From an uncultured Chloroflexia bacterium (GTDB lineage: Bacteria; Chloroflexota; Chloroflexia; Thermomicrobiales; JALYUS01), in contig CAWJZC010000027.1 of the NCBI GenBank assembly GCA_963847195.1, forward strand, positions 115,323-179,322: 64,000 bases of DNA. Reading direction: 5' to 3'. A model generated the notes under the pieces. The model searched no databases and was not told the origin of the DNA. It was given only the letters and a program-made list of their open reading frames with translations. The position numbers and the translations under genes were made by a program. Shown one piece after another: positions 55,107 to 64,000 of this stretch (the first letter of the stretch is position 1; each line of letters starts with the position of its first letter).

Positions 55107-56015
55107 TCAAATCGAGAACAACTCCGAGACATCGCGCAGGATGGCGTCGAGTTCCTTGTGGTCGTACTCGTCGAGGCCGGAGTCGCGGCGGGAGCGCATC
55201 GTTGTGGTGGCGATCACGCCGCGCCGCTTGAGCACTTCCTTGTAGAGCGCCGGGCCGAAGGCGGCTTCCATGTTGAGGAGCGGGAGCAGGCGATAGAAGG
55301 TGCGGCGTGCCTTGTCGAGATTGCCCGCTTCGAGGGCGTTCCAGATCGTGACGTGAATATCGGTCGTCTGGCAGGCGGGCATCGTGCCGCAGGCGCCGCG
55401 CCGGAACTCGTCCATCAGGTAGCGACCGCCGATGCCGCCCATGATGCCGAGGCACGCATCGCCCGCCGTCGCGAGGACGGTCGTCATTACATGGCCGGCA
55501 TTCGCCGTCTCTTCCTTAAGGTAGGAGACGTTGTCGATCTCCGTCATCAGCCGCGTTAATTGATGTGCGCTCATCGGGGTGCCCGCCGGGCCGGTCCAAT
55601 CCTGGATGAAGACGGGCAGGCCATCGGCGGCGTCCGCGACCGACTGGTAGAAGGCGAAGACGGATTCCGGGTCCACGAGGCGCACGCCGTAGGGCGGCAT
55701 GGCGATCACCGCGTCCGCGCCCACCTGACGCGCGTACTTCGCGTAGAGCACCGAGGCCTGCGTGCTGACGCCGGAGGCGCCGATCACCACCGGGACGCGC
55801 TTGGCGGTCGCCTCGACAACGAGGCGCGTCACGCGCTTGCGCTCATCATCCGTGAGCGTCGGCGCTTCGCTCGCGTTGACGGGCGCGACGATGCCATGCG
55901 CCCCGGCGCGCACGCACCAATCCACCTCGTTCTTCAGTGATTCCTCGTCGATATTGCCGTGCCGGTCGAACGGTGTCACCGGGATCGTGAAGACGCCGCG
56001 AAAGCCTTGTGCCAT
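55107..56015 (-). CDS. Dihydrodipicolinate synthase family protein (2-keto-3-deoxy sugar-acid dehydratase/aldolase-like)
   Basis: TIPVTPF, NASEAPTLTDDER, AMPPY, FIQD, YLKEET (Schiff-base Lys). Confidence 0.88.
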   Translation of the reverse strand: MAQGFRGVFTIPVTPFDRHGNIDEESLKNEVDWCVRAGAHGIVAPVNASEAPTLTDDERKRVTRLVVEATAKRVPVVIGASGVSTQASVLYAKYARQVGADAVIAMPPYGVRLVDPESVFAFYQSVADAADGLPVFIQDWTGPAGTPMSAHQLTRLMTEIDNVSYLKEETANAGHVMTTVLATAGDACLGIMGGIGGRYLMDEFRRGACGTMPACQTTDIHVTIWNALEAGNLDKARRTFYRLLPLLNMEAAFGPALYKEVLKRRGVIATTTMRSRRDSGLDEYDHKELDAILRDVSELFSI

Positions 56016-56174
56016 GATGTGCTCCTTCGTCGCAAGGACTGAGGACTGAGTGCCGGGTAACTCAACCCTGCCCATGTCCGGTCAACGTCGGGCGTGCCCG
56101 ATCAATTTGTGGCAGTGTAGCACGCGCTCTGATGCTAGAATCGTCCGTCGAATGCGGTGTCAACGGATGAGGGC

Positions 56175-56855
56175 ATGGTGTTGAATGCAATGACGGATGA
56201 ATCGCGCGATGGCCAGGGCCGTGACGGCGATGCGGTGGCCCAGTCGACCGGCCCGCGCATGGTCCGGCTCTTCATCGCGCTGGAAATGAACGAGGCGATG
56301 CAGCACGCGGTGGCGGCCGTGCAGCGGTCGCTGCGGCAGCGGGGCGACCTCCCCGTTCGTTGGGTGGCGCCGCAGCAGGTGCATCTGACGCTGCAATTTC
56401 TCGGCAACGTGGTCGCGGCGCATGTACCGTCTTTGATTGGGGCGCTTGCGCCCGCTGTCTCGCCGTATCGGGCGATGCTGCTGCGCGCGGGGGAGGTCGG
56501 CGCGTTCCCGTCCGCCGATGCGCCCCGCGTGCTCTGGCTCGGCGTGCGCGGCGAGGATGATCTCCTGCTCGCGCTCCAACGCGCGGTGCGCGACGCGGTG
56601 CGCGGCGTCGAGGGAGTCGTCGCCGACCGCAAGCCCTTTCGTCCGCACTTGACGCTCGGTCGCGTGCGGGCGGGGCGCCGCGACCTATCGGGCATGACCG
56701 CGATCGCCGCTGCGCTCGCCCGCCCCATCGCGGCGCCGCCAACCGCGTGGCCGGTGCGCGAGGTCGCGCTGATCCGTAGCGTGCTCGGGCCGGGCGGATC
56801 GCGGTATACTGTCCTTGAGCGGTTTCCGCTCGTCGGTGGAGAGAAGACGGTATGA
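56175..56855 (+). CDS. thpR: RNA 2',3'-cyclic phosphodiesterase (2H family)
   Basis: RLFIAL, HLTLQFLG, PRVLWLG, FRPHLTLGR, SVLGPGGSRY. Confidence 0.92.
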   Translation: MVLNAMTDESRDGQGRDGDAVAQSTGPRMVRLFIALEMNEAMQHAVAAVQRSLRQRGDLPVRWVAPQQVHLTLQFLGNVVAAHVPSLIGALAPAVSPYRAMLLRAGEVGAFPSADAPRVLWLGVRGEDDLLLALQRAVRDAVRGVEGVVADRKPFRPHLTLGRVRAGRRDLSGMTAIAAALARPIAAPPTAWPVREVALIRSVLGPGGSRYTVLERFPLVGGEKTV

Positions 56856-56965
56856 AGGTGATTCGGAAGGTAGCAAACGGTTGGCGCGATCTCCCCGCGC
56901 ATGGCTAGCGACGGGGAAGATTTCGACGTGCCCGACTGTTTGAATTACCGGAGGAACGAATCACC

Positions 56966-58049
56966 ATGCAGATGTTTGACACCCTCGCCGACATCGAGCG
57001 GCGCTATCTCCAGATTGAAGAAGAAATGGCGCAACCGGATGTCGTGACCGACCACGTCCGCCTCAGCGCGCTTGGCCGCGAGCGGGCCGAGATCGAGGAC
57101 GCCGTGGCGGCGTATCGCCGCCTGCGCGCGCTGGAGGACGAAATCGCCACGACCGAAGCGATGGCGAGCGGGGAGGCGCGACCCGGAGATGGCCGCGCTC
57201 GTCCGCGAGGAGTTGGATGGCTTGACGCACGAGCGCGAGAGCCAGACGGCGGCGATTCGCCAGATGCTCGTGCCGCGCGATCCGATCGACGAGAAGGATG
57301 TCGTCGTCGAAATCCGCGCCGGGACGGGTGGCGAGGAGGCCGCGCTCTTCGCCGCCGAACTCTACCGGATGTACACGAAGTACGCCGAGCGCCAGCGGTG
57401 GAAGGTCGAGTTGATCGACCTCAACGAGACCGGCATCGGCGGCATGAAGGAAGTCGTCTTCGAGGTGCACGGCAAGGGCGCGTACGCCCATCTCCGCTGG
57501 GAGAGCGGCGTCCACCGCGTGCAGCGCGTCCCGGCTACCGAGTCGGGCGGTCGCATCCACACCTCGACGGCGACGGTGATCGTCATGCCGGAAGTCGAGG
57601 ACGTAGATGTGCAGATCAACGAGGCGGACCTGAAGGTCGATGTCTACCGCTCCTCGGGCCACGGCGGGCAGAGCGTCAACACGACCGACAGCGCCGTCCG
57701 CATCACCCATCTGCCGACCGGGTTGGTCGTCACCTGCCAGGATGAAAAGAGCCAGTTGAAGAACCGCAATAAGGCGCTCGCCGTCCTGCGCGCCCGGCTG
57801 TACGACATCGAACTGCAAAAACGGCAGCAGGAACTCTCCGCCGAGCGGAAATCCCAGATCGGCACCGGCGACCGGAGCGAGAAGATTCGCACCTATAACT
57901 TCCCGCAGGACCGCGTGACCGACCACCGCATCGGCATGAACCGCTCGAATCTGCCCGGCGTGCTGAACGGCGACATCGATGCCCTGATCGCCGAATTGCG
58001 CTCCGTCGATCAGGCGGACCGACTCGCCGCCGCCGGCCTCGCCCCCTAG
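56966..58049 (+). CDS. prfA: Peptide chain release factor 1 (frameshift near 57175)
   Basis: [20 protein letters not shown] (PxT), [14 protein letters not shown]. Confidence 0.96.
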
Positions 58050-58050
58050 C

Positions 58051-58915
58051 ATGTCTGGTGACGTGCCATCCGTCCGCGACCTGCTGAGGAGCGGCGCGGC
58101 GCGACTCCGTCAGGCAGGCGGTGGCACCCCGGAACTCGATGCGGCGGTCCTGCTCGCGCATAGTCTCGGCGTCAGCCGCGCCTCGTTGTATGCGCGCGCG
58201 CTCGAATCGATCCCGCCGGACGCGCGCGCGCGATTCACGGCGGCACTGACGCAGCGGGCGCGGGGCATTCCCGTCGCCTATCTGACGGGCACGAAGGAAT
58301 TTATCGAGTCTGGCGTTCACGGTTGATTCGAGCGTCCTCGTACCGCGCCCGGAAACAGAACTACTCGTCGAGTGGGCAATTGCGTGGCTCGCGGATCGCG
58401 GCGACCGCGCGACCGTCGTGGAGATCGGCACGGGGAGCGGCGCTATCGCCGTCTCGCTCGCCACGCGGGCCCCGAATGCCGTTGTCATCGCGTCCGACCT
58501 CTCACGCGAGGCGCTTGTCGTCGCTTCCGAGAACGCACGGGCACACGCCGTTACACAACGTGTTCACTTCGTTCGCGGCGACCTGCTGGCGTGGCTCGGT
58601 TGGCCGGTGGATCTTGTGCTGGCGAACCTCCCGTATTTGACCGACGATCAGGCCGATGCACCGGAATTGGCCGCCGAGCCTCGTCATGTGCTCGCGGGCG
58701 GCGATAGCGATGGCTTCGGCCTCTATCGGATCGCGCTCGGGCAAGCAGCGGGGCGTGTGTCGCCCGGTGGCGCGCTCGCCTTTGAGATCGACCCGTCACA
58801 GGCAGGTATCGCGCATCGCCTCTGCGCCGAGACGTTTCCGCGCGCGACGGTCACGATTCACAACGACCTCGCGGGACTGGCCCGCTTCGTCACGGTCGCA
58901 GTCTCTGCATCATGA
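58051..58915 (+). CDS. prmC: Release factor glutamine methyltransferase (frameshift near 58310)
   Basis: PVAYLTG.KEF, VLVPRPETE, EIGTGSGAIA, ANLPY; follows prfA. Confidence 0.93.
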
Positions 58916-59040
58916 GGGCATACGCGTGTTAGGACGGGTCGGGGGTGAGAATTTCCCCTCCGTCATGTAGCGGGCGGCAGACGCAGGGGCGATATGGTAT
59001 CCTCCCTGTCATGGCAGACGGCGATGACGGGGAGGTTCGG

Positions 59041-60090
59041 ATGGGTCGGACATTCAAGCGGTTGCTCGTGACGGGTGGGGCAGGATTCATCGGCAGCAAC
59101 TTCGTGCGCCGCACCCTGGCACGATACCCCTATGAGGTCGTCGTCCTCGACAAGCTGACCTACGCGGGCAACCAAGAGAATCTCCGCTCGGTGGCATCCG
59201 ACCCCCGTTACACCTTCGTGCACGGTGACATTGCCGACCCCGCCATCGTCCGCGAGGCGATGCGCGGCTGCGATGGCGTCCTGAACTTCGCCGCCGAATC
59301 CCATGTGGACCGCTCGATCATGGACGGCAGCAACTTCGCCGTCACGCAGGTTGTCGGCACACAGACCCTGCTCGAAGCAGCCCGGCAGGAAGGCGTCACC
59401 TGTTACTTGCAGGTGAGTACCGATGAAGTGTACGGGCATGTGGAGGACGGCGCCTCCCGCGAGGACGACGCGCCGGCGCCGCGCTCGCCGTACAGCGCGA
59501 CGAAGGCCGGGGCCGACCTGCTCGTCAACTCCTATCAGATTACGCACGGCCTGCCGACCGTCATCACGCGCGGATCGAACACTTACGGCCCGTACCAATA
59601 CCCGGAGAAGTTGCTGCCGGTCGCGATCACCAACGCCCTCGACGGCGTGGCGATCCCCGTCTACGGCGACGGTCAGCAAGTGCGCGACTGGCTGCATGTG
59701 GACGATCACTGCGACGGCATCGACCGCGCGCTGCACGACGGCGTGGCGGGCGAGGCATACAATATCGGCGCGGAGCACGAAGGGCTCGGCCACGGACGCA
59801 CGAATCTCGCGGTGCTGGGCGCGCTGCTCGATATCCTCGGCAAGCCGCGCGATTTGCTGCAATTCGTCGGCGACCGGCCGGGGCATGACCGCCGCTACGC
59901 GCTCGATTGCGCGAAACTGCGCGCCCTCGGGTGGCAGACCGAACTGCCCTTCGCGGTTGGACTGGAACGGACCGTCCGATGGTACGCGAAGAACCGCGAT
60001 TGGTGGGAGCCGCTGAAGCACGATGCCGGATACCTTGCCTACTATCGAAAAAACTACAGCGACCGCGACAAGCTCATCAGCGCCCGCTAG
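59041..60090 (+). CDS. rfbB: dTDP-glucose 4,6-dehydratase
   Basis: VTGGAGFIGSNF, FAAESHVDRSI, VSTDEVYG, YSATK, DRPGHDRRY. Confidence 0.95.
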   Translation: MGRTFKRLLVTGGAGFIGSNFVRRTLARYPYEVVVLDKLTYAGNQENLRSVASDPRYTFVHGDIADPAIVREAMRGCDGVLNFAAESHVDRSIMDGSNFAVTQVVGTQTLLEAARQEGVTCYLQVSTDEVYGHVEDGASREDDAPAPRSPYSATKAGADLLVNSYQITHGLPTVITRGSNTYGPYQYPEKLLPVAITNALDGVAIPVYGDGQQVRDWLHVDDHCDGIDRALHDGVAGEAYNIGAEHEGLGHGRTNLAVLGALLDILGKPRDLLQFVGDRPGHDRRYALDCAKLRALGWQTELPFAVGLERTVRWYAKNRDWWEPLKHDAGYLAYYRKNYSDRDKLISAR

Positions 60091-60829
60091 CGCGCCCGCG
60101 CTCTTCCTCCAGGCGGAACTGGCGGCGGCGAAGACGAGTCATTACGCCGCGCGCGAGAGCGGCGACACGGTCGAGCTCGTCGAGCGGCCCGATGGCGGCT
60201 TTACGCTCGTCCTCGTCGATGGGCAGGGGCACGGCTTCCCCGCGAAGATGCTCTCGCTGCAGTTGACCTCCAAGGCGGTGTCGCTGATCAAAGAGGGTGT
60301 GCGGGACGGCGCGGTCGCCCGTGCCGTCCACGACTATCTGCACGCGTACCGGGGTGGGCGCGTTTCCGCGACGCTCGACATGCTCTCGCTCGATCTCGGC
60401 AGCAATCACGTCCTCCTGACGCGCAACGCCGACGTCCCGGCGATCATCTATCGCGATGGCGCGTGGCAACTCCTCCCCGCGACGGTCGGCCCGATCGGGG
60501 TGCGCCGCCATGCCCGGCCCGCGATCGACCAGTTCGATGTCGGGGCCGGCCTGTACGTTGTGCTGTTCACCGATGGTATCGCGCACGCGGGCGAGCGGTT
60601 CGGTACGCCGGTCGATCCGGTCGCCGCGCTCGCTGCCGCCGGCGCGGTCGCCGCCAACGCGCAAACGCTCGCGGACACGCTGCTGGGCGCGGCCATCGCC
60701 GCCGATCGCGGCCGTCCGAACGACGACATGACCGTCATCGCGCTGACGATCACGCCGCGCGAGGAGCATGTGCTGACGCGGCATCTCACCGCGAATGTGC
60801 CCCTCGTGCAACGGCGCCGCGATGGATAG
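60023..60829 (+). CDS. PP2C/SpoIIE-family phosphatase (stand-alone); start uncertain
   Basis: ESGD, LVDGQGHG, FTDGI, NDDMTV. Confidence 0.85.
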   Translation: MPDTLPTIEKTTATATSSSAPASAPALFLQAELAAAKTSHYAARESGDTVELVERPDGGFTLVLVDGQGHGFPAKMLSLQLTSKAVSLIKEGVRDGAVARAVHDYLHAYRGGRVSATLDMLSLDLGSNHVLLTRNADVPAIIYRDGAWQLLPATVGPIGVRRHARPAIDQFDVGAGLYVVLFTDGIAHAGERFGTPVDPVAALAAAGAVAANAQTLADTLLGAAIAADRGRPNDDMTVIALTITPREEHVLTRHLTANVPLVQRRRDG

Positions 60830-61205
60830 CGCCATGCTAGGGACGGAGAAACGGCCGCTGCGGGTGGCGGTCGTCGGTCACTGCGCGTCGGGGAAGTCGA
60901 CGCTCGTCACCGCCCTGCGCGGCCACGGCTTTGATGCCAGCGCCGTCGCGCAGGAGCATTCCGGCATCGCCTGGCTCTGGCGGCACTCCGACCCGGACGT
61001 GCTTATCTATCTCGATGTCCCGCTCGCCACCGTGCGCGACCGGCGCGGTGAGGAATGGCCTCAGGCGGTCTACGATGCGCAAGAAGAGCGATTGGCGGAG
61101 GCGCGTCGCCATGCGGACCTGATGATTGACACCTCAACGGTGAATATCCGCGAGATGACCCGGCGGGCGCTGGACTTCGTGCGCGAACAAGGGAATAGCC
61201 GGTAG
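60822..61205 (+). CDS. Small P-loop kinase-like protein
   Basis: VAVVGHCASGKSTL Walker A, AQEHS, LIYLD, ADLMIDT. Confidence 0.75.
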   Translation: MDSAMLGTEKRPLRVAVVGHCASGKSTLVTALRGHGFDASAVAQEHSGIAWLWRHSDPDVLIYLDVPLATVRDRRGEEWPQAVYDAQEERLAEARRHADLMIDTSTVNIREMTRRALDFVREQGNSR

Positions 61206-61208
61206 CGG

Positions 61209-63041
61209 TCAGCGGGCCGACGGCGCGCCGCGAAGCGCGCGGACGGTTTCGACGTTCCGCGGGCGGTTCGCCGCGCCGTCGGCGGATGACGGCTGCCAGA
61301 GCGCGGCGTATGGCGCGGCGCTGAGCAGGACGATGTTGTAGCATGCCCAGAAGCAGTTAATCAGGATGCCGAATCGGCGCGGATCACCCGTCGCGACCAT
61401 GAGGACGCCCCAGATGACCGCGAGCGCGGTCGCGATCATGACGGCGATCTGCGGCCAGACCGTCCAGAGATCGGCGACGTTCCGCTTGTGCGCGGTGCTC
61501 TCCTTCGGCGTCACCATGAAGGCCAGTTTCTCGCCGAAGAGGACGTTGTTGACCGCCGAGGTCAGCGCGCGGATCCAGACCGGGAAGAGCGCGACGTTGT
61601 GCTGCTCGCCCCGGAAGGTCTTGATGCCCTGCGCGACGATGATGAAGACGATCCGGTTGATGATCAGGAACGGAATTAGCCGCGCGAAATACGGGACGGT
61701 GTAACTGATCACCGGCGGCACGCCCGTAAACAGGTAGATGATCGGTGCGGAGAGATAAATGAGCGCGAACGGCCCGGCGAGATACGACCACATCGTCATC
61801 AGATAATTGAGGCGCTGCCCGAGCGTCAGGCCGATCGTGCGCGGCGGGAGATCGAGCGACGGGTACATGCTGTTCAGGTACTCCTGCGCGCTCGTCGCCC
61901 CGCGCGGCGGACGGTACGTCACCGGGTTCTCGCGGAGCAGCACCTGCAACGTTCCCTGCGCCCAGCGGAGTTTCTGCGGCAGCGCGGAGCGCCATTCATC
62001 CGGCGCCAGGCCGACGGCGAGGATCGTCGGGTGGAAGGCGGTCTTCCAGCCGAGCGAGTGCAATCGTTGGCAGGTCGCCATATCCTCGGTGACCGAGATC
62101 GTCGCAAACGGGCGGATCGGCACCGCCTCGCCGCCGTCCAGCGCCGCCTCGATGCCGTGCCGCTCCACCTCCTCGGCGAAATTCACCATCCCCATGTGCA
62201 GGAGCGCGTCGCGGCGCAGGATGGCGTTCGAGCCGCAGAAGAAGGCGGCGTTCCATCCGTCCTTTCCTTGCTGGATCGGGCCGTAGAAGATCTCGGCACG
62301 GGAGCAGAACGGGTCGCTCTCCGGCACATTGAAGAAGTATTGCGGCGTCTGGACGAGCGCGACCTCCGGGTCCGCGAAATAACCGAGGCTCTCCTCCAGG
62401 AATTGCGGCAGGACGATCTGGTCCGCGTCGAGGATCAGCACGAAATCCTCGCCGGACTGCTGCCACAGGGCGTTAATCAAGTTCCCCGCTTTGGCGTGGC
62501 GGACTTTTCCCTGCCACGCCTCGCCGCGCGTGATGTATTGGCAACCGATCTCCCACGCCATCGCGGACATCCGCGCGTTGTCGCCGTCGTCCAGGATGTA
62601 GACGGTCACGGGGATCATCGGCGGGTGTCGCATCGCCATCGCCGCCTCGGCGGTCGTCCGCACCAACTCGACGGGCTCGTTGTAGACGGTGATGAAGACG
62701 CCGACCGCCGGCAAGCGGCCGTGCAAGCGCCTGAAGGCGAGGATGAAGGCGGAGAGCGGCACCGGGTGGCGCTGCGTCGGCTTCCAGAGCGTCACGCAGA
62801 AGAGCACATTGCCGAGGATGCTGTAGGTCTCCGCGAGAACCATCGGGATCGCGAACCAGAGGGCGTGGACGTTGATCGAGAAGAGGTACCGCCAGATCAG
62901 ATAGTTGAAGCCGAGCGCCAAATTGATGACGATGACGGCACGCAGCAGGCGCAATCGCCGCTCGAAGACCGCCGGGGGACCGAAGGAGATCCAGTTATCC
63001 GGCGCATCAACGGTGTATTCGGGCGCGCGGCTTCGGATCAT
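61209..63041 (-). CDS. Cellulose synthase-like processive GT2 (BcsA-like, no PilZ domain)
   Basis: YNEP, LDDG, HAKAGN, DAD, QTPQ, FFCGS, TED, QKLRW; AAGGGGAG RBS. Confidence 0.9.
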   Translation of the reverse strand: MIRSRAPEYTVDAPDNWISFGPPAVFERRLRLLRAVIVINLALGFNYLIWRYLFSINVHALWFAIPMVLAETYSILGNVLFCVTLWKPTQRHPVPLSAFILAFRRLHGRLPAVGVFITVYNEPVELVRTTAEAAMAMRHPPMIPVTVYILDDGDNARMSAMAWEIGCQYITRGEAWQGKVRHAKAGNLINALWQQSGEDFVLILDADQIVLPQFLEESLGYFADPEVALVQTPQYFFNVPESDPFCSRAEIFYGPIQQGKDGWNAAFFCGSNAILRRDALLHMGMVNFAEEVERHGIEAALDGGEAVPIRPFATISVTEDMATCQRLHSLGWKTAFHPTILAVGLAPDEWRSALPQKLRWAQGTLQVLLRENPVTYRPPRGATSAQEYLNSMYPSLDLPPRTIGLTLGQRLNYLMTMWSYLAGPFALIYLSAPIIYLFTGVPPVISYTVPYFARLIPFLIINRIVFIIVAQGIKTFRGEQHNVALFPVWIRALTSAVNNVLFGEKLAFMVTPKESTAHKRNVADLWTVWPQIAVMIATALAVIWGVLMVATGDPRRFGILINCFWACYNIVLLSAAPYAALWQPSSADGAANRPRNVETVRALRGAPSAR

Positions 63042-63133
63042 ACTCCCCTTCAATTTTTCGGAAATGTGACGTATACTACACGCACGAAAGCGAACGTACA
63101 TGATTGTAAACCAAAGATAGAGTGGGGTCAAGC

Positions 63134-64000
63134 ATGAGCGCAGCATGGAACGGGCAAGGGGGCGCGACCGTCGCGCCGGTTTCGCCCGAAAGCGACGCGG
63201 CGGAAACGCCCGTGCCCGGCCCACTATCCGCACGCGAGCTGCAACTGATGGAAAAGGTCGAGGAGATGCAATTGCTCAATGATGCGCTGATTGCCTCGGT
63301 GCAGCAGAAGCATCATTTCGTCACCGCGATGAGCCATCGCCTCCGCACCCCCCTGACGACCATCGTCGGCTTCGGGGAGATGCTCGCCGCCGGAGAGGTG
63401 CATGATCCCGCCGATCAGCAGATGGTCTACGGCGATATCGTCGCCGCCGGTCAGCAGATGCTCGGCCTGATCGACGACATGATCGACCTGGCGCGGCTGG
63501 ACGCCGGGGACCTCCGCCTGCATCGCGATCATGTCGATGTCGCGCGGATTCTGGGCGACGCGCGCGAAAATTTGGAGGCGCTCGCCTCCTCTCGTCGGCA
63601 GCACCTGGTCTTCGACGCGCCCGCTGGCGGCCTGTACGCCTTCACGGATCCGCGCTGGACGACGGAAGATCGTGCTGAAACTCGGGATGAATGCGCTCCG
63701 CTTCTCGCCAACGGGCGGCACCGTGACCTTCCGCGCGCGGGAGCACGACGAGGCGCGTATTGCTCTCGATGTCTCCGATACGGGCGTGGGCATGAGGCCC
63801 GAGGAGCAGACAACGGTGTTCGAGGCATTCGGCGTCGCCCCGGTAACCGGCGCGCGGGCGCACGGCACGGGCCTCGAACTTGCCCTCGCCAAGCGCCTCG
63901 TCGAACTCCAGGGCGGGACGATCTCCTTCACCAGCACGCGCGGCATGGGGACGACGTTCACGATCACCCTGCCCAAGACCGGCGCCGCGACCGTAGACGA
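63134..64000 (+). CDS. Histidine kinase (HisKA + HATPase_c), frameshift near 63655, runs off window
   Basis: MSHRLRTPLTTIVGF, IDLARLDAG, NALRFS, VSDTGVGM, GTGLELAL, GTTFTITLP (translated by hand; absent from ORF track). Confidence 0.85.
   Translation, partial: MSAAWNGQGGATVAPVSPESDAAETPVPGPLSARELQLMEKVEEMQLLNDALIASVQQKHHFVTAMSHRLRTPLTTIVGFGEMLAAGEVHDPADQQMVYGDIVAAGQQMLGLIDDMIDLARLDAGDLRLHRDHVDVARILGDARENLEALASSRRQHLVFDAPAGGLYAFTDPRWTTEDRAETRDECAPLLANGRHRDLPRAGARRGAYCSRCLRYGRGHEARGADNGVRGIRRRPGNRRAGARHGPRTCPRQAPRRTPGRDDLLHQHARHGDDVHDHPAQDRRRDRRR

Noticed and set aside
57160-57195. Frameshift in the release factor gene as programmed frameshifting
   Set aside because: The gene is RF1 (PxT motif). 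The programmed +1 shift belongs to prfB at CTT-TGA, and no such site is present; it fits the background indel errors.

Overview
High-GC bacterial chromosomal segment. Gene content (T-box-regulated valS, DarA-like PII protein, several small conserved hypotheticals) points to Chloroflexota, probably Thermomicrobia-like; this is inference. The sequence carries many single-base indels, dense in 1-27.6 kb and sparse afterwards, which split even essential genes (valS, prfA); I treat these as long-read consensus errors. Left to right: two amidases, tRNA-Ile2, an Ldh_2 dehydrogenase, T-box plus valS, an ~18 kb cell-surface glycosylation cluster, tRNA-Leu and tRNA-Gly, an orphan receiver and a HisKA-like pair, SufU plus rhodanese, tig-clpP-clpX, a MalT/LAL-type regulator with a decayed secreted-protein gene, NYN plus a PHP-Schlafen(AlbA_2) fusion, fchA-folD-fhs, ftsH, a SWIM-finger protein, a DarA-like protein, a dual-OB-like protein, DUF402, a sugar-acid catabolic operon, thpR-prfA-prmC, rfbB, PP2C, a BcsA-like synthase and a histidine kinase. 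Best novelty candidates: (1) the PHP/apparently inactive Schlafen/disordered-scaffold protein beside an NYN RNase; (2) an unassigned ~150-nt structured RNA between fhs and ftsH; (3) a promoter-driven structured leader before the SWIM-finger gene; (4) several families of REP-like palindromes. All family assignments are by eye from motifs; no searches were run.
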